A DNA stretch of 63,512 nt, filler included, from Sandaracinaceae bacterium (GTDB lineage Bacteria > Myxococcota_A > Polyangia > Polyangiales > JADJQN01), in assembly GCA_947483975.1 (NCBI GenBank). It is 4 parts of 4 records of this genome, joined end to end, with 100 filler letters (N's around TTAATTAATTAA, not from the genome) between each part and the next. Parts side by side here need not be neighbours in the genome. Positions count along the whole stretch, not along the records: positions 16,238 to 32,143 come from CANKOL010000085.1; positions 32,244 to 47,848 come from CANKOL010000087.1; 2 more parts are not named here. The stretch is one strand, 5' to 3'. A model generated the notes under the pieces. That model made no database searches and was not told the origin of the DNA. It saw nothing but the letters and a program-made list of their open reading frames with translations. Shown piece by piece: positions 21,105 to 37,126 of the stretch (position 1 is the stretch's first letter; each line of letters begins with the position of its first letter). The position numbers and the translations under genes are program-made.

Positions 21105-22302
21105 CGCCCGCCGCGCCACCGGCGCGCTCCTGACGACGCTCAGCCTCCTCGCGCTGCTCTGCGCGCTCCCGACCCGCGCGCACGCGCAGGCGCTCCCCGA
21201 GGCGCAGCCGATCGTGGATCCGCACGACGTGTTGGCGTCGTTCCGCGCGTCGCTCGTGCGCGCGCGCACCGGCGCCGTCTCGCGCATCCTCTACGTCGGG
21301 GACAGCGCCGTCGTCGGCGACGGGCTCACGGGCGAGCTTCGGCGACGGCTGCAAGCGCGCTATGGCGACGGGGGGCACGGCTTCCTGATGCCGGGTCGAC
21401 CGTGGCCTTGGTACATCCACCAGAACGTGCGCCACGACGGCGCGGGCTGGGACTACACGAGCATCATCCACGCGCTCGATCCGACCGAGCATCTGTTCGG
21501 CCTGCCCTTCGTGCGCGCCACCTCCGCCGCGCGCGCGACCGCGACGTGGAGCACCGCGCAGAACGGCCCCGTCGGGCAGCGCGTCAGTCGCTTCGAGGTC
21601 CTCTATCTGAAGCAGCCCGGAGGCGGCTCCTTCCGCCTGCGCGTCGACGGTGGCGCCCCGCGCAGCGTCGCGACCGCCGGGCCGACGCGGGCTGCCGGGT
21701 ACGAGCTATTGCAGGTGCCCGATGGCCCGCACGAGCTCGCGCTCGAGACCGCCGCCGACGGCCCCGTGGACGTCTTCGGCGCGACGCTCGAGCGCGCGAG
21801 CGGCGTCGTCGTCGACGCCATCGGCATCAACGGCGCGCACTCGATGCACTTCCTGTACGCCGATCCCGCGATGCTCGAGGAGCACCTCCGCCACCGCCCG
21901 ATCGACCTCTTCGCCGTGCAGATCGGCACGAATATGTCGACGGGCCTCCGCCCGACCACGCACGGCAATCGCCTCGCGACCCTCGTCCGACGCCTGAAGG
22001 CGGCCGCCCCCGGCGCCGCCTGCCTGCTCGTCTCGCCCCCCGACCGCGCGCGCCGCAACCCCGACGGCACCGAGGGCACGCCGAGCTACATCCCCGCCAT
22101 CGTCGCGCAGACCGAGCGCGTCGCCCGCGAGAACGGCTGCGCCTACTGGAGCGCGTACGACGCGATGGGCGGCTCCGGCAGCTTCGTTCGCTGGAAGGCG
22201 CTGGAGCTCGGCGCCACCGACGACTCGCACCTCACGCGCGCCGGCTACGCCCGCATCGCGCGCCTCCTCGATCACGCGCTGACGGGCGACTCCGCGGAAT
22301 AG
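21097..22302 (+). CDS. Exported SGNH/GDSL hydrolase (PatB-like O-acetyltransferase/esterase)
   Basis: Signal peptide; VGDS, GDGGHG, GINGA, GTN, DSH motifs. Confidence 0.8.
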   Translation: MVDARRATGALLTTLSLLALLCALPTRAHAQALPEAQPIVDPHDVLASFRASLVRARTGAVSRILYVGDSAVVGDGLTGELRRRLQARYGDGGHGFLMPGRPWPWYIHQNVRHDGAGWDYTSIIHALDPTEHLFGLPFVRATSAARATATWSTAQNGPVGQRVSRFEVLYLKQPGGGSFRLRVDGGAPRSVATAGPTRAAGYELLQVPDGPHELALETAADGPVDVFGATLERASGVVVDAIGINGAHSMHFLYADPAMLEEHLRHRPIDLFAVQIGTNMSTGLRPTTHGNRLATLVRRLKAAAPGAACLLVSPPDRARRNPDGTEGTPSYIPAIVAQTERVARENGCAYWSAYDAMGGSGSFVRWKALELGATDDSHLTRAGYARIARLLDHALTGDSAE

Positions 22303-22326
22303 GCACTCTGCGAATAGGCACTCTGC
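22297..22326 (+). repeat. Perfect 15-bp tandem duplication GAATAGGCACTCTGC x2 spanning the SGNH stop codon
   Basis: Read directly at 22297-22311 and 22312-22326. Confidence 0.9.
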
Positions 22327-22434
22327 CCGAGGTCCACTCGGGCCGAGCGCCCTCCACGAGAGCGCGTCGCCGACGGTCTACACCGTCGAAGCCAGGCGCG
22401 TCCTCCGTAGTCTCGCGCCTGCGCGCTCAGCGGC

Positions 22435-25400
22435 CTAGCGACCCGCCGTGAGCGTGTACGAGTCGCAGGTCGCGGTCGCCGAGACGCGGTGGACCCTGAC
22501 GTAGACCGTGTCCGGCCAGGCGACGTCGTTGGTTTGATGGCCTCTGTCGCCGGCGCCGCTGTCGTTCCCATCGTTGAAGTTCCAGCTGGACAGCGAACTC
22601 CGCGTGTCGCCGACATAGTTACACGGGGTGTCCACCGGCGACGCGCAGGTGCCGACAAAGGCCTCGAAGCGGAACGCGGCACCCGCCAGGCTGATGGAGG
22701 GACGCCCGGCGCCAGCAGTTCCAGCGGTGACGCCCGGAGTACCCGCCCTCCGCCCCGACGGCGCAAAGGAGACCGCGTACCAGTCATACGCGGTCGTGCT
22801 GCCGATCGGGATCTTGCCAGTCTTCGTGACCGTAGTCCCAACCGTCGACACGAGCATGGACTGCGCCGTGGCGCAGGTCGTGTTTGCGTTCGTGAACTCG
22901 TCGCGGCACTCGCAACCGTCCGCGGCCAAGCCGGTGCTCAGGTTGAGGTCGTAGTAGGTGGAGTCACAGGCCAACGAACGGCAGATGTCCCCACCACAGG
23001 TCTCGGTGCCGTTCGGCAGGCTGCAGGCTGCCCCGCAGGCTCCACAGCTACTGAGCGAGTCGAGCGTGTTCTCGCAGCCGTCCGTGTCGTTCTGCCGCGC
23101 GAGCGCCGTCATCGAGGTCAGGTTGCAGTTGCCGAAGCCCGCGTCGCACGAGCCCGCGGTGCGGCACCTCTCGGTGCCCTCGACGCTGAGGTCCTCCGCG
23201 CAACTCTCGCCGACGTTGGCCCGCGCGCACGTCGGGAATGCTCCCGCCGCAGGGGTGCGAGCCTCTCGGTCCGAGTAGCCCGCACAGCCGCCACAGCTCG
23301 TCAGCGAGTTGAGCGGGTCCTCACAGCCGGTCGCGTCGATTCTGTCGCAGTTTCCCCAGCCAACATCGCAAGAGCCGATGTCACAGCTACCGACGCCGCT
23401 CGCGTCCGCGGTGCACCGCCCGCCGGCGTGCCCCCGGGGACACCCGGTGTCGCAGCCGTAGCAGCAGAACCGACCAAACGCGTCGCTCGCGCCAGCGTTG
23501 CAGGTGCCGAAGACCGCCGCGGGGCAGAGGTTGGGCCACTCCGCCACCTCGTTGACGCAGCCACCGTTGTAGGTCGCGTCTCCGAGGGGAGTATTGCCGT
23601 CCGACGCACGCTCACCGTACGTCTGATAGCGCACCGCCGCCCAGCCCACCGCCGCCTCCGACGGGAGCGCCGGGAGCGGCGAGACAGCGCAGCCGAGGAC
23701 GGGGTCCGCCGGGTCCAGGCCGCCGCCCGTCGTCGGAGGGACGGAGTCGACGCAGCCAGGGAGTCCGGCGCAATCCTGCACCTGACACGAGTTGAAGGTC
23801 AGCGTCGCGCTCGACGGCGCGCCCGCGCTGCCGGTGGTCGTCAGCGAAGTCCCGCCGAAGAGGCTCCGCCGGCGCTGATACGCGGTCGGCGCCATCGCCC
23901 CATCCGCGACCACCTGCACGCACTGGAACTGCGAGTGATGGTTCATGCCACGGAACACCCCACCCGCCGGGCGGGTCCCGCCAAGCTCGCAGAGGCCGTG
24001 ATCCCTCATCAGCGTCCCGGACGCGATGATGCGACTCCCGTCCGGTGCCGTCCCGATCGTCAGCGGCGGCATCCCGTCGTACGTGGGATTCGCCGGCACG
24101 GGCGCCGGCGGCGTGCCCAACGAGGACGTCCCCGAGACGTCGTTCGTCAGAGCACCGATCGGGTCGACACCACAGCGCCCTGCGCGGTCGGCGCAGGTGT
24201 ATTGCCCGAAGTCGTAGCCCGGGAGCGGCACGAGCGCGCCAGCATCATACCCAGGCCCGCGATCCCGCTCACAGTTGCGCCAATACGCCGTCCCCGTCCG
24301 CGTGCTCGGCTCGTAGGGCGCCGCGTCGCCATAGCCAAGCGGGAACGCCGCCTCGCACCGCGAGCGCTCCGCGATCATCAGCGTCCCGAGCCCTCCCGGC
24401 GCGACCGGCGCGCGCCAGCCAGTGCGATACAGCTCCACGAAGTGCGCGAAGCTGCTGAGTCGCAAGACCTCCCCGAGCGGAGCGGTGTCGACCGGATTGG
24501 GTTGAGTCTGCGAGAGGTCTTCGTGCCCGTCATCGTCGTAGTCGCCGAGCGCGCTGGCGCACGCCTTCGTCAGGCTGTTCAGCTCGCTCGCGCGGAATCG
24601 GCGGCCACCCGCGGCATACGCCGGCGCCACCCCGAGGCTCGCCGCCCAGCCCTCCACGTCGTTCCGCTTCGTCTCGAAGAGGCGCAGCGGCAGCGGGGTG
24701 CAGGGCGTCCCGGGGGCGCGGTCCTGAAGAAGTCCCTCTTCGCAGGAGTCCACGAGCGAGGTGTTCCCGTACTCGTCGGTCAACTCGACCGCGCCTGCCG
24801 AACGCACCTCGCACCGCTCGTTGGCCACGATCGCCCGGTCCACCGGAGTGTGGGCGCGAATGGCGCGCACCTCGGTACGGACCCAGCCGTCCCCGTCGGC
24901 GTCACAGGCGACCGGCGCGCGGACCGACGCGCCGTTGTCGAAGTAGAAGCCAGCCAGGGTCTCGCAGACGCAGTTGTCGCCCTCGTCCGCATAGGGCCAG
25001 TAGCTACCCAACGCTCCGGTGAGCGCGCAGCTTCGAGTGCAGGTCACGGAGCATGTGCCCGTGGTGCCGATCACCTGATTGCGGCTCGGACAGGGCCAAG
25101 CCGTGCACGTCGGGCCCGCGGGGTTCGTCGTGTCGCAGTACTGCGTACCCGTGCAGAAGGTCGCGCCGCAGACGAGGTTGGAGACGCACACGCCGTCCGC
25201 GTCGTGAAAGCCCGCGACGCACACCCCACAAGCGCCGACGCCGTCCGTCTGCACGCAGTCGCGATGCTCGGCAGCGCAGTCGAGGCTGGTGGGAAACCCG
25301 GCGACGCACGTCGGCTCAGCGCTGCAGTCGGCGCTGATGCACGCCACGCAGCTTGCCGTCGATGCCGCCCAACGGTAGCCGGCGACGCACGTCGCGGGCG

Positions 25401-26054
25401 TACAGCTCGCGTCGGCCGCGGTTCCCTCCGTGCACACCTGATACGGCGCGCAGAGGTCCGCTCTCACGAGGTCGTCGCACGTGGCCGCCGCGCGGCACGC
25501 GTCCGCCTCACAGACGAGGCCCCCCGTGCACGCGCCCGCGTCGCAGGGGCAGCCGATCACGTCCGAGGTGCACGTCCGGCAGAGCCCGCTCTCGCAGGTT
25601 CCGCCAAGGTCACACGCCGGGACGTCCACCCGACAGGGACAATCGAGCGCGCCCGCGACGCAGGTATCGGCGACGCAAACGGCCCCGGTACACAGCAGCC
25701 CACTGCCGCAGACATCGCCCGTGGCGCACGGACAGCTGAGCTCGCCCGGGGGGCAAGTCTCGCAGAGCCCCGACGGGTCCCCACAGCGAAACCCGGTGTC
25801 GCAGGAGCCGCTGCTCCTACATCCGCATCCCTCGCTCCCGAGCGGACAAGCGACGCACACGTCCAGCGTGCAGACGCCGTCCGCGCACGCACCCGCATCG
25901 CACGCGCAACCGAGCTCCCCCGGGACGCACCCTGCGTCGGCTCCTGCGTCCGCGGTCGTACCCGCGTCCGATTTGGGTTTGGCGTCCGCTCCGCAACCTG
26001 CCGAAGCCGCCCCGAGGAGAAACAAGGTCGCACACGCGAGGAGTGTATTGCGCA

Positions 26055-26055
<1 letters not shown>
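22435..26055 (-). CDS. Large cysteine-rich lipoprotein (~1206 aa)
   Basis: ATG at 26055 overlaps upstream stop (TGATG); lipobox SAGC; CxxGxxGCxC repeats; DGCE...CGxC (STIG1-like) repeats; beta-rich C-terminus. Confidence 0.85.
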
Positions 26056-31868
<5,813 letters not shown>

Positions 31869-31883
31869 AGAGATCTCCATCAC

Positions 31884-32143
31884 TCAGTTCCCCAATCGAA
31901 GTGAATCACCGGGGAGCGCGTTGCCCTCACGGTCGAAGCAGCGCGCGTGGCTCAGCGTCACCGCCGCGCCCATCCCGTCCGTACGGCGCACCGTGACGGC
32001 ACCTGCCGCAAACGGCGTATCGGTCTGACGCGTGAACGTCACCGCGGTGCGCGGCGACTCGTGCACTTGAGTGCCGAGCGTCCCGTCCGCGAAGTCCACG
32101 CCGAGCACCTCTGTGCCCGCCTCGACGAGCACGACCTCGCAGC
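31884..32143 (-). CDS. C-terminal end of an upstream gene in the same operon (cut by gap)
   Basis: Open frame from the gap to TGA at 31884, 15 nt before the next start; beta-strand-like sequence. Confidence 0.65.
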
Positions 32144-32243
32144 NNNNNNNNNNNNNNNNNNNNNNNNNNNNNNNNNNNNNNNNNNNNTTAATTAATTAAN
32201 NNNNNNNNNNNNNNNNNNNNNNNNNNNNNNNNNNNNNNNNNNN
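32144..32243. other. Contig junction spacer
   Basis: N run with TTAATTAATTAA. Confidence 0.98.
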
Positions 32244-32367
32244 GGGGTCGCGAGCGGCGCGCTCGACGCGGCGCGCGTGCGGAGCTTCCTCGCGCTCCGG
32301 GGAGAGGCCCGCGACACCGCAGAGCGTCGGCTCCAGCGCCCGCGCGGCCGTCGCTGATCGTTGGAGC

Positions 32368-32649
32368 TCAGACGATCGGGAGCCCGGCGGCGCGAGCGAG
32401 CGCGCGCAGGGCGGTCATCTCGAGGATGCCGACGGACGCGATCGCGACGAGCGCGTTGCCGTTCGACGCGAGGTCGCGCATCCGGTCGCGCACCAAGCTG
32501 ACGAGCTTCGCGCCCTCGTCGTGAGCGAAGAGCACGACCACGTTCTTTTCCGCGCGCGTGTGTCGCTCGGCGACGGGCGCCCAATCCGAGCGGGGCGAGG
32601 CGACGATCAGGACGGTCTCGGGGCGTTCGACTTCGGCTGAGACAGGCAT
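32368..32649 (-). CDS. Small hypothetical protein
   Basis: GGAGG upstream of ATG at 32649; 93 aa with alternating alpha/beta pattern. Confidence 0.55.
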   Translation of the reverse strand: MPVSAEVERPETVLIVASPRSDWAPVAERHTRAEKNVVVLFAHDEGAKLVSLVRDRMRDLASNGNALVAIASVGILEMTALRALARAAGLPIV

Positions 32650-32775
32650 CGCGCCTCCGTAAGGCAATCCGCGCGGGCTGGCCAGATATCGACCAGGCGC
32701 GTCCCTCCGAGCGCGCCGCGTCTTGACCCCTCGGCCTGCGGGCGCTACTAAGCCGCCGCCCGCGACCCCGCCGGC

Positions 32776-32847
32776 GAGCCGTTAGCTCAGTGGCAGAGCA
32801 GCGGGCTTTTAACCCGACGGTCGCAGGTTCAATCCCTGCACGGCTCA
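32776..32847 (+). tRNA. tRNA-Lys (TTT)
   Basis: Acceptor GAGCCGT/ACGGCTC, D-arm TAGCTCAGTGG, anticodon loop CT-TTT-AA, T-loop GGTTCAATCC. Confidence 0.93.
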
Positions 32848-32860
32848 CCCGAGATTCTCA

Positions 32861-32936
32861 GTCCCCATCGTCTAGAGGCCCAGGACGGCGGCTTTTCACG
32901 CCGCTAACGGGGGTTCGAATCCCCCTGGGGACGCCA
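32861..32936 (+). tRNA. tRNA-Glu (TTC)
   Basis: Acceptor GTCCCCA/TGGGGAC, anticodon stem GCGGC/GCCGC with loop TT-TTC-AC, GGTTCGAATCC, encoded CCA. Confidence 0.95.
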
Positions 32937-34596
32937 CATTAGTGACACCACGATCGACGAGGGTGGCCGGACCGAACACGGCCATCCCGTCGAGGCGCCA
33001 GCGAGGGCGGCCCTCTTCGTCGTCCTCGGGGAAGGCGCGGATGCCGTCGGGGAACAGCGCCCCCACGACGTCGCGGGCTGCCAAAGTGTCCGCCCGCATG
33101 CGCTCTGACAGCGCGGCGAGTTGCTCTCGTGCCTCGCGCTTCGCCCGCTTGAGCTCGAGGGAGATCACCTTGGCGCCGTCCGCCACCGGCATCTCTGCCA
33201 ACTCGGCAACCATCGCGCTCAGCTTCGCCTGACGCTGGCGGATCGCCTCGAGCACGGGCTCCGCCGCCGAGCCTGCCACCGTGAGCGCGTCCGTGAGGCG
33301 AGCGATCTCCGCGCGGAGCTGCGCAGCCTCCGCCTCGAGGGCGACACGATCGCGACGAGATGGCTTGGTGAACCGGGCGACGAGGCGGCGCTCCACCACC
33401 GCCATGAGCTCCTCGAGCAGCCCGTGGTGCTCGAGCTCGTCGATCAAGAACTTGGTGACCGCGTCATCGACCGCGCTCATCGGACGGCGACGGCCGTTGG
33501 AGCACGCCTCGGGTCCGCGGTTCCGGTGGTAGCTGCACGCGTAGGCGCGGATCTTCTTCTTGCCGTCCTTCGAGTGAACGACCTGCACCGAGCCGGCGCA
33601 CTGACCGCACCGCAGGAGACCGCTGAGCAGGAACTGCGGCGGTCGCCCCACGCGCTTCCCACCGCTGGCGAGCGCGCGCCCCGGTCGCTTGACCGCCGCG
33701 GCAGCGAAGAGCTCGTCGGACACGACGCGCAGCTCTGGCGCGGGGACGAGCATCCACTCCTCGCGGTCGCGCTCCACGCGCACCTTCGTGCCGCCCCGGT
33801 ACGTCTTCTGCGTGCGGTTCCACGGCACGAAGCCGCGGTAGCGGTCGTTGATCAAGATCGAGCGCACCGTCGAGGGGCTCCACGAGCCCGTGCCGCGTCG
33901 TCCTGCCCGTGGCGATGAGACGCCGTCCGCGTTGAGGGCTCGCGCGATCTTCCGGAGTCCAAGTCCGGCGGAGTACATCTCGAACATGCGCAGCACGACG
34001 GCGGCCTCGGCCTCGTTGACCTCGTACGTCGTGCGCACGCGAACCGGCCGGCCGTCGGGGCCGACGCCGAGCACCGGGACGTTCGTGTAGCCGAAGACCG
34101 CGCCGCCCGCGTTGCAGCGGCGCTCAGCTTTGCCCTTCAGGTGCTCGTACACGCGAGACGACACGCGCTCGCGCTCGATCTCGCTGCCGTAGTTCTTGAT
34201 CGTCGCGATCAGCTTTTGCGTCGGATTGTCGAGCAGCACCTCCTCGCCGCTCGAGTAGAAGAAGAGCCGCACGCCCGCTTCGAGCAAGTCCTGCATCAGC
34301 AGACCGGTGCGGTGCATGTCGCCGCCGAGGCGCGTCTCGTCGCGCACGATTAGCGCGTCGAACTCCGACGCCGAGGCCGCCGCCATCATCTTCCAGAGCG
34401 CCGGCCGGTTCTTGAACTCCGCTCGCGACTTCGCGTCATCGATGTAGACGTGCTCGTCCGCGACGATGCCACCACGTCGTTCGATCGCCGCGCGAGCCTC
34501 GCGAATCTGCGTCTCTGTGGACGCGAGCTGCTCGTCGGTGCTCTTGCGCGCGTAGATCGCCCAGCGACGAGGCTCGCTCTGATTCTTGCGCGCCAT
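32896..34596 (-). CDS. Large serine recombinase (integrase)
   Basis: Catalytic YARKST, RPAL, DETRLG; recombinase domain (FGY..., W..STVRSILIN..YRG); Zn ribbon LSGLLRCGQC...YAC...C; coiled coil; ATG at 34596 overlaps upstream stop. Confidence 0.95.
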   Translation of the reverse strand: MARKNQSEPRRWAIYARKSTDEQLASTETQIREARAAIERRGGIVADEHVYIDDAKSRAEFKNRPALWKMMAAASASEFDALIVRDETRLGGDMHRTGLLMQDLLEAGVRLFFYSSGEEVLLDNPTQKLIATIKNYGSEIERERVSSRVYEHLKGKAERRCNAGGAVFGYTNVPVLGVGPDGRPVRVRTTYEVNEAEAAVVLRMFEMYSAGLGLRKIARALNADGVSSPRAGRRGTGSWSPSTVRSILINDRYRGFVPWNRTQKTYRGGTKVRVERDREEWMLVPAPELRVVSDELFAAAAVKRPGRALASGGKRVGRPPQFLLSGLLRCGQCAGSVQVVHSKDGKKKIRAYACSYHRNRGPEACSNGRRRPMSAVDDAVTKFLIDELEHHGLLEELMAVVERRLVARFTKPSRRDRVALEAEAAQLRAEIARLTDALTVAGSAAEPVLEAIRQRQAKLSAMVAELAEMPVADGAKVISLELKRAKREAREQLAALSERMRADTLAARDVVGALFPDGIRAFPEDDEEGRPRWRLDGMAVFGPATLVDRGVTNVASPGGFEPPLAA

Positions 34597-35006
34597 CAGC
34601 GAGCACCCACCGACGCAGGGCCGATGATCAAGTCCGCGATGCGCTCGAGGAGATTGCGGACCGGCTGTGTCAGCTCGCCGTTCTCCGCCCGCACGAGGGT
34701 CCGCGAGAAGTAGCCGCGCCGCACGAGATCGAGCGTGCCGGTGGCCGCGTCCGCCGGCCACGTCGCGTCGAACTGCGCCGACGCGTCACCGATGCGGACC
34801 ACGAGGCGCACGGGCGACAAATGCCGCGTGGGCGAGATGATGTCGAACATGCGGGCCGCCTCCACGACCGCTCGCGCCGGATCATTCGCGCCGATCGACT
34901 TGATCATGGTCACGGCGCCCCGGCTGAGGAACAACGTCCCGCGCCCAACGCGAGGCGGAACATCATCATCGGCGCGCGACGCCAGCAATGCGCTCGCGGC
35001 ACTCAT
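34596..35006 (-). CDS. Hypothetical protein coupled to the integrase
   Basis: Start overlaps the upstream stop (ATGA) and stop overlaps the integrase ATG. Confidence 0.65.
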   Translation of the reverse strand: MSAASALLASRADDDVPPRVGRGTLFLSRGAVTMIKSIGANDPARAVVEAARMFDIISPTRHLSPVRLVVRIGDASAQFDATWPADAATGTLDLVRRGYFSRTLVRAENGELTQPVRNLLERIADLIIGPASVGAR

Positions 35007-35752
35007 TGCGGACGCCCTCCGATCCAGTCACTGCGTTGCGGGTACAGGCGTCCCTTCCCGTCAGCGATGCGCATCTGAGGCTCGAGGGCTGGCAGGCCGC
35101 CCAGTGGAATCGAAATGCGCAAGTAGCCCGGGCGGTCTGCATGCGCAGAGAAGCCGGCTAGCTTGCCGTTCCGCCGCCGACCACGCCGACCCACCCCCGC
35201 ATCGCGCAGATACTCATCATACGTACGCAGATCGCCTCGAAGCGCGATCCAGAACCGCTTCTCGGTCGGCGACACGAGGAGGTAGAGCGGGCTCTCTTCA
35301 TCGACCATGAAGCCGCCCACCAAGAAAGACGATTGGCCCGTCCGCGTCGCGCCCGCTGTGTAGACACGAGCTTGCACCGAGACACCTGGCTTGATGACCA
35401 ACATCTCGTCGGCCGCCTCGGGCTCGACCGTGCGGACCTCATCCACCGCGCTGATCTGTGCGAGCCGTGTGCGCCCCGGAGTGAATGCGAGAAGCTGCAA
35501 CCCGAATCGGCCGAGCCCTTCACGAAGCGTCGTCGCGGCGTCGTACTTGTACTTCCCCGAAGTAGCTCCATTATGGCCGGTCATGAGCGTGCCATCGAGC
35601 GCTCGCAGCAACGCACTTCGCGCAAAAACTCCGCAGACAACCCGAATACCAAGCTCGGCAAGAAACGCCTCGGCAGCTTTGACATCTGGGCACATGCCGC
35701 TATCAACGAGCTGCTGGGTGTTCCCGAGTTCAGGCATCTCCGCGGTCGGCAT
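35003..35752 (-). CDS. Hypothetical protein (first leftward gene of the element)
   Basis: Protein-like composition from ATG at 35752; coupled to the next gene; start uncertain. Confidence 0.6.
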   Translation of the reverse strand: MPTAEMPELGNTQQLVDSGMCPDVKAAEAFLAELGIRVVCGVFARSALLRALDGTLMTGHNGATSGKYKYDAATTLREGLGRFGLQLLAFTPGRTRLAQISAVDEVRTVEPEAADEMLVIKPGVSVQARVYTAGATRTGQSSFLVGGFMVDEESPLYLLVSPTEKRFWIALRGDLRTYDEYLRDAGVGRRGRRRNGKLAGFSAHADRPGYLRISIPLGGLPALEPQMRIADGKGRLYPQRSDWIGGRPQ

Positions 35753-35843
35753 GCAGGCCTTGTACCCCAAACCGGCCCGCGGGCAAGTAGATGTTGCGTA
35801 TGCCGGAAGTTGACCATTAGAGGCCGGGGGAGTACGGTGGCTC

Positions 35844-36023
35844 ATGCCCGAAGCCACCCGAGTCACGTTTCGTCTGCCCCGCCAATACGCGCTCGCCGTT
35901 CGCGAGCTCCGTCGGTCTGACCCTGCGATCCGAACCCGCACCGACGCGCTCCTACGCGTGATCAGCGCGGGGCTTCGGTCGCTGAAGCTCGAACCACCAA
36001 CCACTCGCACGCGGGCGCGGTAG
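35844..36023 (+). CDS. Small ribbon-helix-helix (CopG/Arc-like) DNA-binding protein, 59 aa
   Basis: Below ORF-track cutoff; GGGGAG RBS; MPEATRVTFRLPRQYALAVRELRRSDPAIRTRTDALLRVISAGLRSL fits strand-helix-helix pattern; ends 5 nt before next ATG. Confidence 0.7.
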   Translation: MPEATRVTFRLPRQYALAVRELRRSDPAIRTRTDALLRVISAGLRSLKLEPPTTRTRAR

Positions 36024-36028
36024 TTCTA

Positions 36029-37126
36029 ATGCGCACCCTCCCGCAGATCTGCGCCGAAGCCGGCGGTGCGGTGCCCGCCACGCCCGGCATCCTGACCTTC
36101 CACCTCAGCAGCGGGCTCGAGACGATCCGCCTCACGCGGACCCCCACGGCCGCGGAGTGTGTCGCCCTTGAGTTTGATCTTTCGGCCGACTTCCTCGGGC
36201 TGAGCACGTACTCGACCGCACTCGACGCGGCTGAACTCCTGGTGCGCGTCGCCGACGGGCAATGGGGCTTCACGCAGGTGGTGTCGACGATCCCGATCTC
36301 GATCATGCCGATGTCGAGCCCCGCCACCGTGGTGGTGTGCGATGTCGATCCCGCGTGCTTGGCCTCGTTCCTCAACGAGGTAGGAACGGCCGGCGCGGCG
36401 GCGGGCATCGACGATCTCCAGATGGTGCTCGGCGCGACGCGGGGCGGGGCCCGCGAGGACCTCGAGACGCTGTCCGGCGTCGTGCTGGACATCGACACAT
36501 CTGTCGCCGACCCCTGCACGCACCACCTCCTGCACCAAGCTCCCACGCCGAACGTCGTGTACTCGACGGAGCGTGTCGGTGGTGCCCGCATCCTCTACCT
36601 GTTCGATCGCGCGTACGCGCTCACATCGGCGGTGCTCGAGAAGCGGCGCGACCTCGTCGAGCAGCTGGCGCTCGCGTATCCCGGGGTTGACCCGCGGTGC
36701 GGCGACGTGACCCAACGCCAGCACCTGCCCACCACCTCGCGCACGATCAAGGGGCCTCGCCGCCTCGTGAAGCGCACCGCTGTGCAGCTCTCGACGGACC
36801 CGATCCTCCTCGAGAAGGTGACCCCCGGCCTCCCGAGCTTCGTCCTCGAGGCGCTCTCGCTCGGCGGCGGTGCAGTCTCGGATGACGAGCGCTGCGAGAT
36901 CGAAGCGTACCTCGACGGTCGCGGCATTCCTGCTCCTCCGGTCGGGGCTCGCAGCCCGCTCTACAGCCGCTGCCCCTTGAAGCAGCACAACACCGGAAAG
37001 ACCTACGTGAATCGACACGCCGACGGGCGCATCACGGTCCACTGCCTCGGCGGCCACGCAGGCGCAGGGCCGCAGCACTGGACCGAGCAGAATCTCCTCG
37101 AGCTCGCCCGCGAGGTGCCGTCATGA
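36029..37126 (+). CDS. Putative AEP-superfamily primase (VirE_N/BT4734-like) with C-terminal Zn-finger
   Basis: SGVVLDID (DxD), ST..GGARILY, DPRCGD.TQR, and CP..H...C..H at the C-terminus. Confidence 0.55.
   Translation: MRTLPQICAEAGGAVPATPGILTFHLSSGLETIRLTRTPTAAECVALEFDLSADFLGLSTYSTALDAAELLVRVADGQWGFTQVVSTIPISIMPMSSPATVVVCDVDPACLASFLNEVGTAGAAAGIDDLQMVLGATRGGAREDLETLSGVVLDIDTSVADPCTHHLLHQAPTPNVVYSTERVGGARILYLFDRAYALTSAVLEKRRDLVEQLALAYPGVDPRCGDVTQRQHLPTTSRTIKGPRRLVKRTAVQLSTDPILLEKVTPGLPSFVLEALSLGGGAVSDDERCEIEAYLDGRGIPAPPVGARSPLYSRCPLKQHNTGKTYVNRHADGRITVHCLGGHAGAGPQHWTEQNLLELAREVPS

Noticed and set aside
32192..32848. ORF beginning MSRAGIEPATVGLKARCS
   Set aside because: Antisense translation of tRNA-Lys; spurious.
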